NCBI GenBank assembly: GCA_049974825.1
Contig: JBNGDJ010000001.1
Location: 30,993 to 94,992 of the forward strand
DNA: 64,000 bases
Reading direction: 5' to 3'
Source: Halothiobacillaceae bacterium
Lineage (GTDB): Bacteria; Pseudomonadota; Gammaproteobacteria; Halothiobacillales; Halothiobacillaceae
Shown: positions 56,652-64,000 of the stretch, one piece after another
Position numbering within the stretch: position 1 is the stretch's first letter
Layout of the letters: every line of letters begins with the position of its first letter
The notes under the pieces: generated by a model
Databases searched by the model: none
What the model saw: the letters and a program-made list of their open reading frames with translations, nothing else
What the model was told of the DNA's origin: nothing
Position numbers and translations under genes: made by a program

Positions 56652-57610
56652 GGGGCCTGCTCCGCCAGTCGATCCGCCATCTGGTCAGTGGCATCGACCA
56701 GAGCATCGACAATGCCCGGCTCGAAGGCCGAGTGGCCGGCATCATCGATCACCCGCAGGGTCGCTTCCGGCCAGCGATCGGCAAGAAGGATCGCCTGCTC
56801 GACCGGGCAGACCACGTCGTAGCGACCGTGAACCAGGATGGCCGGCAGATGGCGAATCCGATCAACCTGCGCCAGCAGTTGGTCCGGCTCCAGAAACGCC
56901 CGGTTGGCAAAGTAGTGACATTCAATGCGCGCGATGGAAAGGGCGTGATGCGGATCGGCGAAGTAGTTGACGGTATCCGGGTCCGGCCGCAGCGTGGCGG
57001 TGCGTCCCTCCCAGGTCGACCAGGCCTTGGCCGCCGCCATCCGGGCCAGCTCGTCGGCTCCGGTCAGACGCCGATGGTAGGCTTTCAGCAGGTCATCGCG
57101 CTCGGATTCGGGAATCGGGGCGAGAAAATCCTGCCAGTACTCGGGAAACAGTCGACAGGCGCCATCCTGGTAGAACCAGCGGATATCCCGCGGCCGGCAA
57201 AGAAAGATGCCCCTGAGCACCAGGCCCAGGACCCGATCCGGATGCGCCTGCGCATAGGCCAGCGCCAGCGTTGAACCCCAGGAGCCTCCGAAAAGCAGCC
57301 AGCGCTCGATACCCAGCCGCTCCCGGATGGTTTCCAGGTCCGCAATCAGCGCCTGCGTATGATTTGACTCCAGACTGGCATGGGGCGTGGACCGCCCCGC
57401 ACCCCGCTGGTCAGGCAGAATGATCCGGTAGCGCGCCGGATCGAAAAATCGCCGGTGGGCCGGGGTCGTCCCCGCCCCCGGCCCGCCATGGAGAAACACC
57501 ACCGGCAGGCCGTGCATGTTGCCGCACTCCTCCACGTGCAACACATGGGGCACCTCGACCGCAAAGCTGTGCATGACATTCGGCTGGATCGGCGGGTACA
57601 GGACGTTCAT
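56648..57610 (-). CDS. pip: Prolyl aminopeptidase (proline iminopeptidase)
   Basis: From ATG 57610: [10 protein letters not shown] ... [11 protein letters not shown] ... [15 protein letters not shown] ... [19 protein letters not shown] ... [11 protein letters not shown]. Confidence 0.9.
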   Translation of the reverse strand: MNVLYPPIQPNVMHSFAVEVPHVLHVEECGNMHGLPVVFLHGGPGAGTTPAHRRFFDPARYRIILPDQRGAGRSTPHASLESNHTQALIADLETIRERLGIERWLLFGGSWGSTLALAYAQAHPDRVLGLVLRGIFLCRPRDIRWFYQDGACRLFPEYWQDFLAPIPESERDDLLKAYHRRLTGADELARMAAAKAWSTWEGRTATLRPDPDTVNYFADPHHALSIARIECHYFANRAFLEPDQLLAQVDRIRHLPAILVHGRYDVVCPVEQAILLADRWPEATLRVIDDAGHSAFEPGIVDALVDATDQMADRLAEQAP

Positions 57611-57850
57611 GAATCGCTCCGTCTGGCGTGGGTGGCCCAAGTTTCCGAAAACTATCAGGCTCGACGCGCGCGGGAAAGGCCGGGCAGCCTCCCATCATCG
57701 CTCGGAGCAGGGAACAGGCCGAGCGGCCCTGTCCCTCCCGGCCAGCCATCGCGTAAAATGCCCTGATTGCCAAAACGCGGCAATCGGTCATGCCGAGGCC
57801 TCGTCCCGCCTGCCGAAACCCGTCCCGCTGAAGGAGGATTCCCGCGCTCC

Positions 57851-58615
57851 ATGTCCCGATTCGTCACCCCGCCCCGCTCAATCCAGCGCACCGTGGGCCG
57901 CACCCTGGTGCAGTACCGGATGACCCAGCCGGGCGACCGGGTGCTGCTCGGGCTGTCCGGCGGCAAGGATTCGCTCTCCCTGCTGCACGTGTTGGCGCAT
58001 TTTCAGCGACGCGCACCCATCAAGTTCGAACTGGCCGCCTGCACGATCGACCCGCAGAGTGACGGCTATGACCCCGTCGCCCTTCGTGATTATGTCGAAG
58101 GGCTTGGCATTCCCTATTTCGTCGAGTCCGAGCCGATCGTCGACCTCGCCGGCGAACACATGCGGGGCGATTCCTACTGCGCCTTTTGCGCCCGCATGAA
58201 GCGCGGGTTGCTGTACAAGGTCGCCCGCCGCGAGGGCTACAACGTCCTGGCCCTGGCCCAGCACCTGGACGACCTGGCCGAGAGCTTCCTGATGAGCGCC
58301 TTCCACGGTGGCAAGCTCAACACCATGAAAGCGCACTACCTCAACGATGCCGGCGACATTCGCATTATTCGCCCGCTGGTTCGGGTGCGCGAGCGGCAGC
58401 TGCGTGACTTTGCCCGGGAAGCCGAACTGCCGGTCATCCCAGAAAACTGCCCGGCCTGCTTCGACATGCCCACGCAGCGCTTTCACTACAAGCAACTGCT
58501 CGCCGAGCAGGAAAAGCAGAACCCGCAGCTGTTCCGGTCCCTGCTGACGGCCATTACCCCCCTGATGGAAGACGGGCTCGACCGAGCCGTGGCTTCCGGC
58601 ACGAGCGTATCGTGA
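57851..58615 (+). CDS. ttcA: tRNA 2-thiocytidine biosynthesis protein TtcA
   Basis: PP-loop LGLSGGKDSLSLLHVL, CAFCARMKRGLLY, LAQHLDDLAESFLMSAFHGGKL, IRPLVRVRE and PENCPACF. ATG 57851 with AAGGAGG upstream. Confidence 0.85.
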   Translation: MSRFVTPPRSIQRTVGRTLVQYRMTQPGDRVLLGLSGGKDSLSLLHVLAHFQRRAPIKFELAACTIDPQSDGYDPVALRDYVEGLGIPYFVESEPIVDLAGEHMRGDSYCAFCARMKRGLLYKVARREGYNVLALAQHLDDLAESFLMSAFHGGKLNTMKAHYLNDAGDIRIIRPLVRVRERQLRDFAREAELPVIPENCPACFDMPTQRFHYKQLLAEQEKQNPQLFRSLLTAITPLMEDGLDRAVASGTSVS

Positions 58616-59544
58616 AAGGTCGCTGGCGCCGGGCTGCCCTGCTGGGCATGGTCCGCCTGTTCGCCGCGCTGCCCATGGCGGCCAGTCAGCGCCTTGGTGG
58701 CCTGATCGGGTGGATGGCCTGGCGTACCGGGCGACGCGTCACCCGAACCAGTCGGCAAAACATCGCCCGCTGTCTGCCGGAACTGACTCCGAAGGCGCGA
58801 GAAGCCCTGGTCCGCGAGAGCCTGATCCAGACCGGCAAGACCCTGACCGAGACCGGCCCACTGTGGCGCTGGCCCATGGACCGGCTACAACCGCTGATTC
58901 GGGAAGTGGTCGGACGGGAACATCTCGACCAGGCGATGGCCAGGGGCCGCGGCGCCATCCTGCTCGGCCCTCACATTGGCGCCTGGGAGTTGGGCGGGCT
59001 TTACAGCGCCCTGCTCTACCCGACCACCATTCTTTATCGGCCACCCAGGCAGCCGGAACTGGAAGAAGCGGTTCGCAAGGCCCGGGCCCGCTTTGGCGCC
59101 AATCTGGTTCCGGCCGGGCACCGCGGCGTCCGCGCCTTGCTTGCCGCCCTCAAGCGCGGGGAACTGGTCGCCATTCTGCCCGATCAGGAACCGCGCTTCG
59201 GTCAGGGCGTGTTTGCGCCCTTCTTCGGGCAGCCGGCCTATACGCTCTCACTGGTCGCCAGCCTGCTGCGCCGCACGGGCGCGGTGGCCGTGATGGGCTA
59301 TGTCGAAAGGCTTCCGGCCGGGGCAGGCTACCGGCTGCACTACCTGCCCGCCCCAGAAGCCCTGGATGACCCGGACCCGGTCACCGCCGCCACGGCCCTG
59401 AACCGGGGCGTGGAGCAGTGCGTCCGGGCCCTGCCCGAACAGTACCAGTGGAGCTACCGACGATTCCGGCGCGCCGAGCGGGAAGGGCTTTTGTGCGGAC
59501 CGGAAAACATGAACCAGGAAACAGCCGCCCCGGTCAGGCATTGA
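58612..59544 (+). CDS. Lipid A biosynthesis acyltransferase (LpxL/HtrB family)
   Basis: SRQNIARCLPEL, GRGAILLGPHIGAWELGG, ILYRPPRQPELEE and ILPDQEP ... FAPFFGQPAYT ... PEQYQWSYRRF. The GTG start overlaps the ttcA stop, so the start is uncertain. Confidence 0.7.
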   Translation: MKGRWRRAALLGMVRLFAALPMAASQRLGGLIGWMAWRTGRRVTRTSRQNIARCLPELTPKAREALVRESLIQTGKTLTETGPLWRWPMDRLQPLIREVVGREHLDQAMARGRGAILLGPHIGAWELGGLYSALLYPTTILYRPPRQPELEEAVRKARARFGANLVPAGHRGVRALLAALKRGELVAILPDQEPRFGQGVFAPFFGQPAYTLSLVASLLRRTGAVAVMGYVERLPAGAGYRLHYLPAPEALDDPDPVTAATALNRGVEQCVRALPEQYQWSYRRFRRAEREGLLCGPENMNQETAAPVRH

Positions 59545-59618
59545 TGGTCAGGACGGCAGCCGGATTATCCGGCCGATCCCGCTTCGAGATCCCGTCGCGG
59601 AGTACGCACCGTACCGAA

Positions 59619-59999
59619 TCAGGACGAGTCCACCCCGCTGACCTGGGGATTCGTAGCCTCCCAATGGACCGCCAGCCAGACGGTTTGCCTGTCGGGGGCG
59701 GTCCATTCCACCCGATGACGACAGTGCGCGGGCAGGTCCACCCAGTCACCGGGACCCAGCTCGACGGTGCGCGCCGGCCGCTCGAAGCGCAGTCGTGCCG
59801 ACCCTTGGACCAGCAGAACCCACTCGTGCTGCGGCTGGTCGTACCACTGCCCCTCGGGCGTGGCCTGGCCGCGAGAGACAATCCGCTCAATATTGAACCC
59901 CGGCGCGGAGCGGATTGTCTCGAACACCTCGTCCGGGGCTTCATCCGGCAGATGGCGTAACAAATTTCCCCATTTCGGGGATGTCTCAAGAGCGTTCAC
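59619..59999 (-). CDS. Small cupin-domain protein
   Basis: GNLLRHLPDEAPDEVFETIRSAPGFNIERIVSRGQATPEGQWYDQPQHEWVLLVQGSARL ... GDWVDLPAHCRHRVEW. GTG 59999 was chosen because GGAGGT lies 6 nt upstream. The ORF-track start is 60101. Confidence 0.7.
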   Translation of the reverse strand: MNALETSPKWGNLLRHLPDEAPDEVFETIRSAPGFNIERIVSRGQATPEGQWYDQPQHEWVLLVQGSARLRFERPARTVELGPGDWVDLPAHCRHRVEWTAPDRQTVWLAVHWEATNPQVSGVDSS

Positions 60000-60116
60000 G
60001 AAGCACCTCCAGCGAGCCTGCCATGACGTTTCCATTTTTTTGGGGAACCTCGAAAAACCCCGTCCATGAGTTTTTCGAGGCGCCCTTTCTCCGGGTCGCA
60101 TTGTTCATGATGCCTC

Positions 60117-60513
60117 AGGGATCTCTGCACGAATGCTTCAGATTCCCGCGCAGGGCATGGATGCCCTGCTGCACAATGGCGTAAGCCATTGAATTGCGGA
60201 GCCCGGGCCGAGCATGTATCGGCCCGGGCGTGTCTGAACGCGGGCTCCGCCAGCTGACGCGTTTAGCTGGCGTTAGCCCACGAAGCCATGGATGGCTTCG
60301 TGCAGAGTTTCCTCAGGGAATCTCTGCACGAATGCTTCAGATTCCCGATTGGGGCATGGATGCCCCAACGCTCAATGGCGCAAGCCATTGAATTGCGGAG
60401 CCCGGGCCGAGCATGTATCGGCCCGGGCGTCTCTGAACGCGGGCTCCGCCAGCTGGCGCGTTAAGCTGGCGCAAGCCCGCAAGTCCATGGATGGAGTTGT
60501 GCAGAGTTTCCCT
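60117..60513 (-). repeat. Tandem dimer of the full-length (about 200 bp) mosaic repeat, reverse orientation
   Basis: Unit 1 is 60117-60313 and unit 2 is 60314-60513. Each reads GGGA(A)TCTCTGCACGAATGCTTCAGATTCCC and then a GGGCATGGATGCCC module. CAATGGCG.AAGCCATTGAATTGCGG and GCCCGGGCCGAGCATGTATCGGCCCGGGC follow. The unit ends with GCCAGCTG.CGCGTT.AGCTGGCG and CCATGGATGG..T.GTGCAGAGTTTCC. Confidence 0.95.
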
Positions 60514-60616
60514 CACAGGGGGGCTGTCGCCGACCCATGACTTGAGCTCCTGCCCCGTCCGCCCTTCGATTGACCCCGCCCGCTGTCCCCGGCACCCTGC
60601 ATTCGAGAACCGCCGC

Positions 60617-61273
60617 ATGACGGGTTTTCGCACGCCTCGCGAACTGATGAATCACTGGCTGGAGCACCAACCTTTGTCGCACTATCCCGTTCCCGCCCGC
60701 TGCCTGGAACACGAGATCGAAGCGAAGAAAAGTCGCTTCATCGCTCGGGCCGGGCCAGCCACGAACCGGTCCGAGGCCATGGCCATGATCGACGGGGCGC
60801 GCCGGGATTATCCGGATGCCCGGCATCACTGCTGGGCCTTCTCGATCGGCCCGCCCCATTCGGCGGCGACGGCCGGCATGAGCGACGATGGCGAGCCATC
60901 GGGAACGGCCGGCAAGCCGATCATGAATGTCATCGAGCACCGGGGGATCGGAGACGTCGTGGTCGTGGTCAGCCGCTACTTCGGTGGCGTCAAGCTCGGG
61001 GCCGGCGGGCTGGTCCGGGCTTACTCGGCAGCCACAAGGGACGTGCTGGAGCGCTTGCCGCTAGTCGAGCGCCAACCGCTGTGTCACTACCGGGCATCAC
61101 TGGATTTCGCGCTGGAAGAATCGCTCCGGCGATGGGCCGATTCCCGGGATGTTCATATTCTGGACGTGGAGTACAGCGAACGGGTCTGCCTGGTCCTGGC
61201 GATCCCGCAATCTGCCGAGGCGGCGCTGAAATCCTTTGCCGCGGCCCGCAATATCGACCTGACCCGCGCATGA
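60617..61273 (+). CDS. yigZ: IMPACT/YigZ-family protein
   Basis: EIEAKKSRFIARAGPATNRSEAMAMIDGARRDYPDARHHCWAF ... MSDDGEPSGTAGKPIMNVIEH ... VVVSRYFGGVKLGAGGLVRAY. ATG 60617. The ORF-track start reads through the repeat. Confidence 0.85.
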   Translation: MTGFRTPRELMNHWLEHQPLSHYPVPARCLEHEIEAKKSRFIARAGPATNRSEAMAMIDGARRDYPDARHHCWAFSIGPPHSAATAGMSDDGEPSGTAGKPIMNVIEHRGIGDVVVVVSRYFGGVKLGAGGLVRAYSAATRDVLERLPLVERQPLCHYRASLDFALEESLRRWADSRDVHILDVEYSERVCLVLAIPQSAEAALKSFAAARNIDLTRA

Positions 61274-61327
61274 GCCACCGACTCGGCCTGCTATGATGAG
61301 GCCCCACCCAACGAAAGAACGGCCCAG

Positions 61328-61978
61328 ATGAACGAAATCGACCATCGCGCAACCCGCCGGGACTACGTCTACGGAAAACTGCAGCGGGAAGACCTGTCCG
61401 AGAACCCCACCGAGCAGCTGACCCGCTGGCTGCTGGATGCCGAGTCGGCAGGCAATTTCGACGCGACCGCGATGTGTCTGTCGACGGCCACGGCCGACGG
61501 ACGGCCCTCGGCCCGGTATGTTCTGCTCAAGCATTACGACGATGCCGGCCTGTGCTGGTACAGCGATGCCCGCAGCCGCAAGGGCCAGGAGCTGGCCGAA
61601 AACCCCTGGGCGGCACTCACGTTCTACTGGCCGGAGAACGACCGGCAGGTCCGGATCAACGGGTCGGTGGAAGAGCTGCCCGAGTCCATGGCCGAGCAGT
61701 ATTTCAAGCAGCGCCCCCTCGGTTCGCGGCTCGCCGCCGCGGCATCTGAGCAGTCGCACCCGATTGCGGACCGGGCCGCGCTGGAGCAGCGCTACCAGGA
61801 CGTGCAGGCCCGGTACCCCGATGGCGACGTGCCGCGCAATCCGGCCTGGCGGGGCTACCGGCTGACCCCGGAGTCCTGGGAGTTTTGGCAGGGCCGGGAA
61901 AGTCGGCTGCACGACCGGTTCCTGTACCTGCGGGAAATGGAAACCGGGCAATGGCGCATTCAGCGCCTGATGCCCTGA
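61328..61978 (+). CDS. pdxH: Pyridoxamine 5-prime-phosphate oxidase
   Basis: TAMCLSTATADGRPSARYVLLKHYDDAGLCWYSDARSRKGQELAENPWAALTFYWPENDRQVRINGSVEEL ... WEFWQGRESRLHDRFLY. Confidence 0.95.
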   Translation: MNEIDHRATRRDYVYGKLQREDLSENPTEQLTRWLLDAESAGNFDATAMCLSTATADGRPSARYVLLKHYDDAGLCWYSDARSRKGQELAENPWAALTFYWPENDRQVRINGSVEELPESMAEQYFKQRPLGSRLAAAASEQSHPIADRAALEQRYQDVQARYPDGDVPRNPAWRGYRLTPESWEFWQGRESRLHDRFLYLREMETGQWRIQRLMP

Positions 61979-62023
61979 GAGCATGCCTGCACGAATGCAT
62001 GACGGCCGTTTTCAGAAAACATC

Positions 62024-62710
62024 ATGAACGACGACCGCATTCGACTTGAGCCGGGCTGGAAGGCGGTGCTGCGCGAGACACTGCTGTCCGAGCCGCTTCA
62101 GGCTCTGCGCGCCCGCCTGGCGGCAGAACGCGCGGCGGGCAAGCGGATCCACCCGGAACCGAACGAGTGGTTCAATGCTTTCCAGCACGCGCCGCTGGAC
62201 CAGGTGAAGGTGGTCATCCTCGGGCAGGATCCCTATCCCACCCCGGGCCATGCGCACGGGCTCTGCTTCTCGGTCCGGCCCGAAGTGCAGCCCCTGCCCA
62301 AGTCGCTGCAGAACATCTTCCGGGAGCTTGCCGACGACACCGGCATCGTCAATCACTGTGGCAGCCTGATGCACTGGGCCGACCAGGGGGTGCTCCTGCT
62401 CAACGCGGTGCTGACCGTCGAGTCGGGCAAGTCCGCCAGCCATCAGGGCTGGGGCTGGGAGCGGCTCACCGACCGGGCGGTGCAGGTGCTCGACGAGCAG
62501 CCGCGCCCGCTGGCCTTCGTCCTCTGGGGCGCACAGGCCCAGAAGAAAGGCGCCCACATCGACCGCAGCCGGCACCTGGTGCTGGCCGCGCCGCACCCTT
62601 CGCCCCTCTCGGCCCACCGGGGATTCTTCGGCAGCCGTCCCTTCTCGAAGATCAACCAGTTCCTCGAAGCCCAGGGCCAGTCACCGATCGACTGGCGCAC
62701 CGAGCCTTAG
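62024..62710 (+). CDS. ung: Uracil-DNA glycosylase
   Basis: KVVILGQDPYPTPGHAHGLCFSV, LLLNAVLTVE and LAAPHPSPLSAHRGFFGSRPFS are family 1 UDG motifs. Confidence 0.95.
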   Translation: MNDDRIRLEPGWKAVLRETLLSEPLQALRARLAAERAAGKRIHPEPNEWFNAFQHAPLDQVKVVILGQDPYPTPGHAHGLCFSVRPEVQPLPKSLQNIFRELADDTGIVNHCGSLMHWADQGVLLLNAVLTVESGKSASHQGWGWERLTDRAVQVLDEQPRPLAFVLWGAQAQKKGAHIDRSRHLVLAAPHPSPLSAHRGFFGSRPFSKINQFLEAQGQSPIDWRTEP

Positions 62711-62711
62711 A

Positions 62712-62800
62712 AAATCCCTCCACAAATGCTTCAGATTCCCGCGCAGGGCATGATGCCCTGCCGCACAATGGGAAGCCGTTGAATTGCCGACCCGGGGCGC
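62712..62800 (-). repeat. Partial mosaic repeat, reverse orientation
   Basis: AAATCCCTCCACAAATGCTTCAGATTCCC, CAGGGCATGATGCCCTG and CACAATGGGAAGCCGTTGAATTGCCG. Compare 60117-60200. Confidence 0.8.
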
Positions 62801-62953
62801 GCGGACAACATCTGCCCGTCCCGGATGCGCAATTACCCGGCTCGGGCCAAGCAGGGCGCGGCGACATGCCCCCGCGGCAAGCCGTAGCATTGGTCCAGGG
62901 ACGGCCTTGGGACAAAAGCATTTGCGCTGGATGTATAGTCAGGTATATTTCGC

Positions 62954-63766
62954 ATGTCGATATCACCCGAAGAACATATCGGTTCGTTCATTGCCCCGCT
63001 GACGCTGGTGACCGGAGAGGGCGAAATCTCGCCGCGCCGGCTCAGGCTGCTGGCGGCCATCGGCCAGACCGGCTCGATCAGCGCCGCGGCCCGGTCCATT
63101 GGCATGACCTACAAGGCGGCCTGGGACGCGGTCGAGGCCATGAACAACCTGGCCGGCACGCCGCTGGTGCATTCGCAGCACGGCGGCCGGGGTGGGGGCG
63201 GTGCGAGGCTCACGCCCGCGGGGAGCCGACTGGTCGAGGACATGGCCCGGCTGGAAACCCTGCAGGCAGAAATCATGGCCCTGGCCGAACGAAGGGAAGA
63301 TATCGGCGACTCCCTGGCCATCCTCAGGAGACTCGAAATGAAAACCAGTGCCCGCAATGCCCTGCACGGGACGGTGGAGCAGGTGACCGACGGCGCGGTC
63401 AACAGCGAAGTGACCCTGCGCCTGCCCGGTGGCGAAGCATTGCATGCCATCGTGACCCGGGAAAGCGTGGCGGACATGGCTCTGGAACCAGGCCGGGCGG
63501 CCTACGCGCTGATCAAGGCCTCCTGGGTAATCCTTGCCCCGGCCGACGACGCGCTGCGCACCTCGGCACGGAACCGGCTGTGTGGCACGATCCGGCGCGT
63601 CGAGCCGGGTGCGGTGAATGCCGAGGTGGTGATCGAACTGTCCGGGGGCAACACCCTGGCTGCGATCATCACCCGGGAGAGCCATGAGGAAATGGCACTG
63701 AAAGACGCGATGCCCATCTGCGCGCTGGTCAAGGCCAGTCACGTAATCCTGGGCGTGACTGATTGA
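62954..63766 (+). CDS. modE: Molybdate-responsive transcriptional regulator ModE
   Basis: N-terminal HTH (RLRLLAAIGQTGSISAAARSIGMTYKAAWDAVEAMNN) plus two Mop/TOBE repeats (SARNALHGTVEQVTDGAVNSEVTL; SARNRLCGTIRRVEPGAVNAEVVI). Confidence 0.9.
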   Translation: MSISPEEHIGSFIAPLTLVTGEGEISPRRLRLLAAIGQTGSISAAARSIGMTYKAAWDAVEAMNNLAGTPLVHSQHGGRGGGGARLTPAGSRLVEDMARLETLQAEIMALAERREDIGDSLAILRRLEMKTSARNALHGTVEQVTDGAVNSEVTLRLPGGEALHAIVTRESVADMALEPGRAAYALIKASWVILAPADDALRTSARNRLCGTIRRVEPGAVNAEVVIELSGGNTLAAIITRESHEEMALKDAMPICALVKASHVILGVTD

Positions 63767-63768
63767 TT

Positions 63769-63798
63769 TCCGATTGCTTTTGATCCGATTGCTTTTGA
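63769..63798. repeat. Perfect 2 x 15-bp tandem direct repeat between modE and modA
   Basis: TCCGATTGCTTTTGA TCCGATTGCTTTTGA, preceded by the related GATTGATTT. It ends 15 nt before the modA ATG. Confidence 0.9.
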
Positions 63799-63813
63799 CT
63801 GGAGAACATACTG

Positions 63814-64000
63814 ATGAAAAACTTCTTCCTCACCCTGCTGATTTTCCTCGGATTGCTGGGCTCCGGCATGGCTTCGGCCGTCCCCCTGACCGTGGCCGTG
63901 GCCGCCAACTTCACCAAGACCATCGAGGAGATCGGCGACGCATTCACGGAGGAAACCGGCCACGAGGTGCGCTTTTCCTTCGGCCCCACGGGCAAGCTCT
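63814..64000 (+). CDS. modA: Molybdate ABC transporter substrate-binding protein (N-terminal part only)
   Basis: Own translation: MKNFFLTLLIFLGLLGSGMASAVPLTVAVAANFTKTIEEIGDAFTEETGHEVRFSFGPTGKL. It has a signal peptide and a ModA-like start, with a GGAGAA RBS. It sits downstream of modE and runs off the window. Confidence 0.8.
   Translation, partial: MKNFFLTLLIFLGLLGSGMASAVPLTVAVAANFTKTIEEIGDAFTEETGHEVRFSFGPTGKL

Noticed and set aside
29126-62800. Whether the interspersed repeats could be a CRISPR array
   Set aside because: Copies are kilobases apart, separated by housekeeping genes, occur in both orientations and are about 200 bp mosaic units. There is no regular repeat-spacer periodicity and no cas genes in the window.

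Overview
No database searches were run, so every family call comes from motifs read in the translations. The window is a GC-rich, gammaproteobacterial-type chromosome segment. soxYZ, a YeeE-type gene and a SulP transporter suggest a sulfur oxidiser, but that is inference only. The left 26.6 kb is one co-directional minus-strand array. It runs pilG-pilH-pilI-pilJ-chpA-chpC (no CheR/CheB in the cluster), then a Cache/5xPAS diguanylate cyclase whose start overlaps the chpC stop. Next come a globin-coupled diguanylate cyclase and a 1212-aa regulator (SARP/BTAD, degenerate cyclase-homology domain, P-loop STAND, TPR). A 748-bp hairpin-dense spacer follows, then two tandem, unusually large prepilin paralogs, PilMN/GspL-like, PilO-like and PilP/MshK-like proteins, a minor pilin, and a lipoprotein secretin that runs off the window. 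This chemosensory / c-di-GMP / STAND regulator / atypical type IV filament linkage is my best candidate for an undescribed system. The rest is mostly housekeeping: gshA-gshB-apbE-tonB (divergent from pilG, as in Pseudomonas), a dksA lacking the Cys4 zinc finger, ppiA, rnd, a bolA-family gene, DUF1244, mazG, ssb/uvrA, bioF, dtd-pip, ttcA, an lpxL-family gene, a cupin gene, yigZ, pdxH, ung and modE-modA. Signalling and sulfur loci are interspersed among these. One is a FIST protein coupled to a GAF-4xPAS-GGDEF-EAL protein. Another is SulP-Usp-YeeE plus a periplasmic MBL-fold protein with a degenerate metal motif. A third is a histidine kinase and NtrC-type regulator upstream of soxYZ, with a well-spaced sigma-54 promoter and a palindromic candidate enhancer site. 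A roughly 200-bp mosaic repeat built of 5-6 hairpin modules and bounded by inverted termini occupies at least 10 intergenic sites. Several ORF-track N-terminal extensions are read-through of these repeats. No tRNA, rRNA, CRISPR array, transposase or phage gene was recognised.
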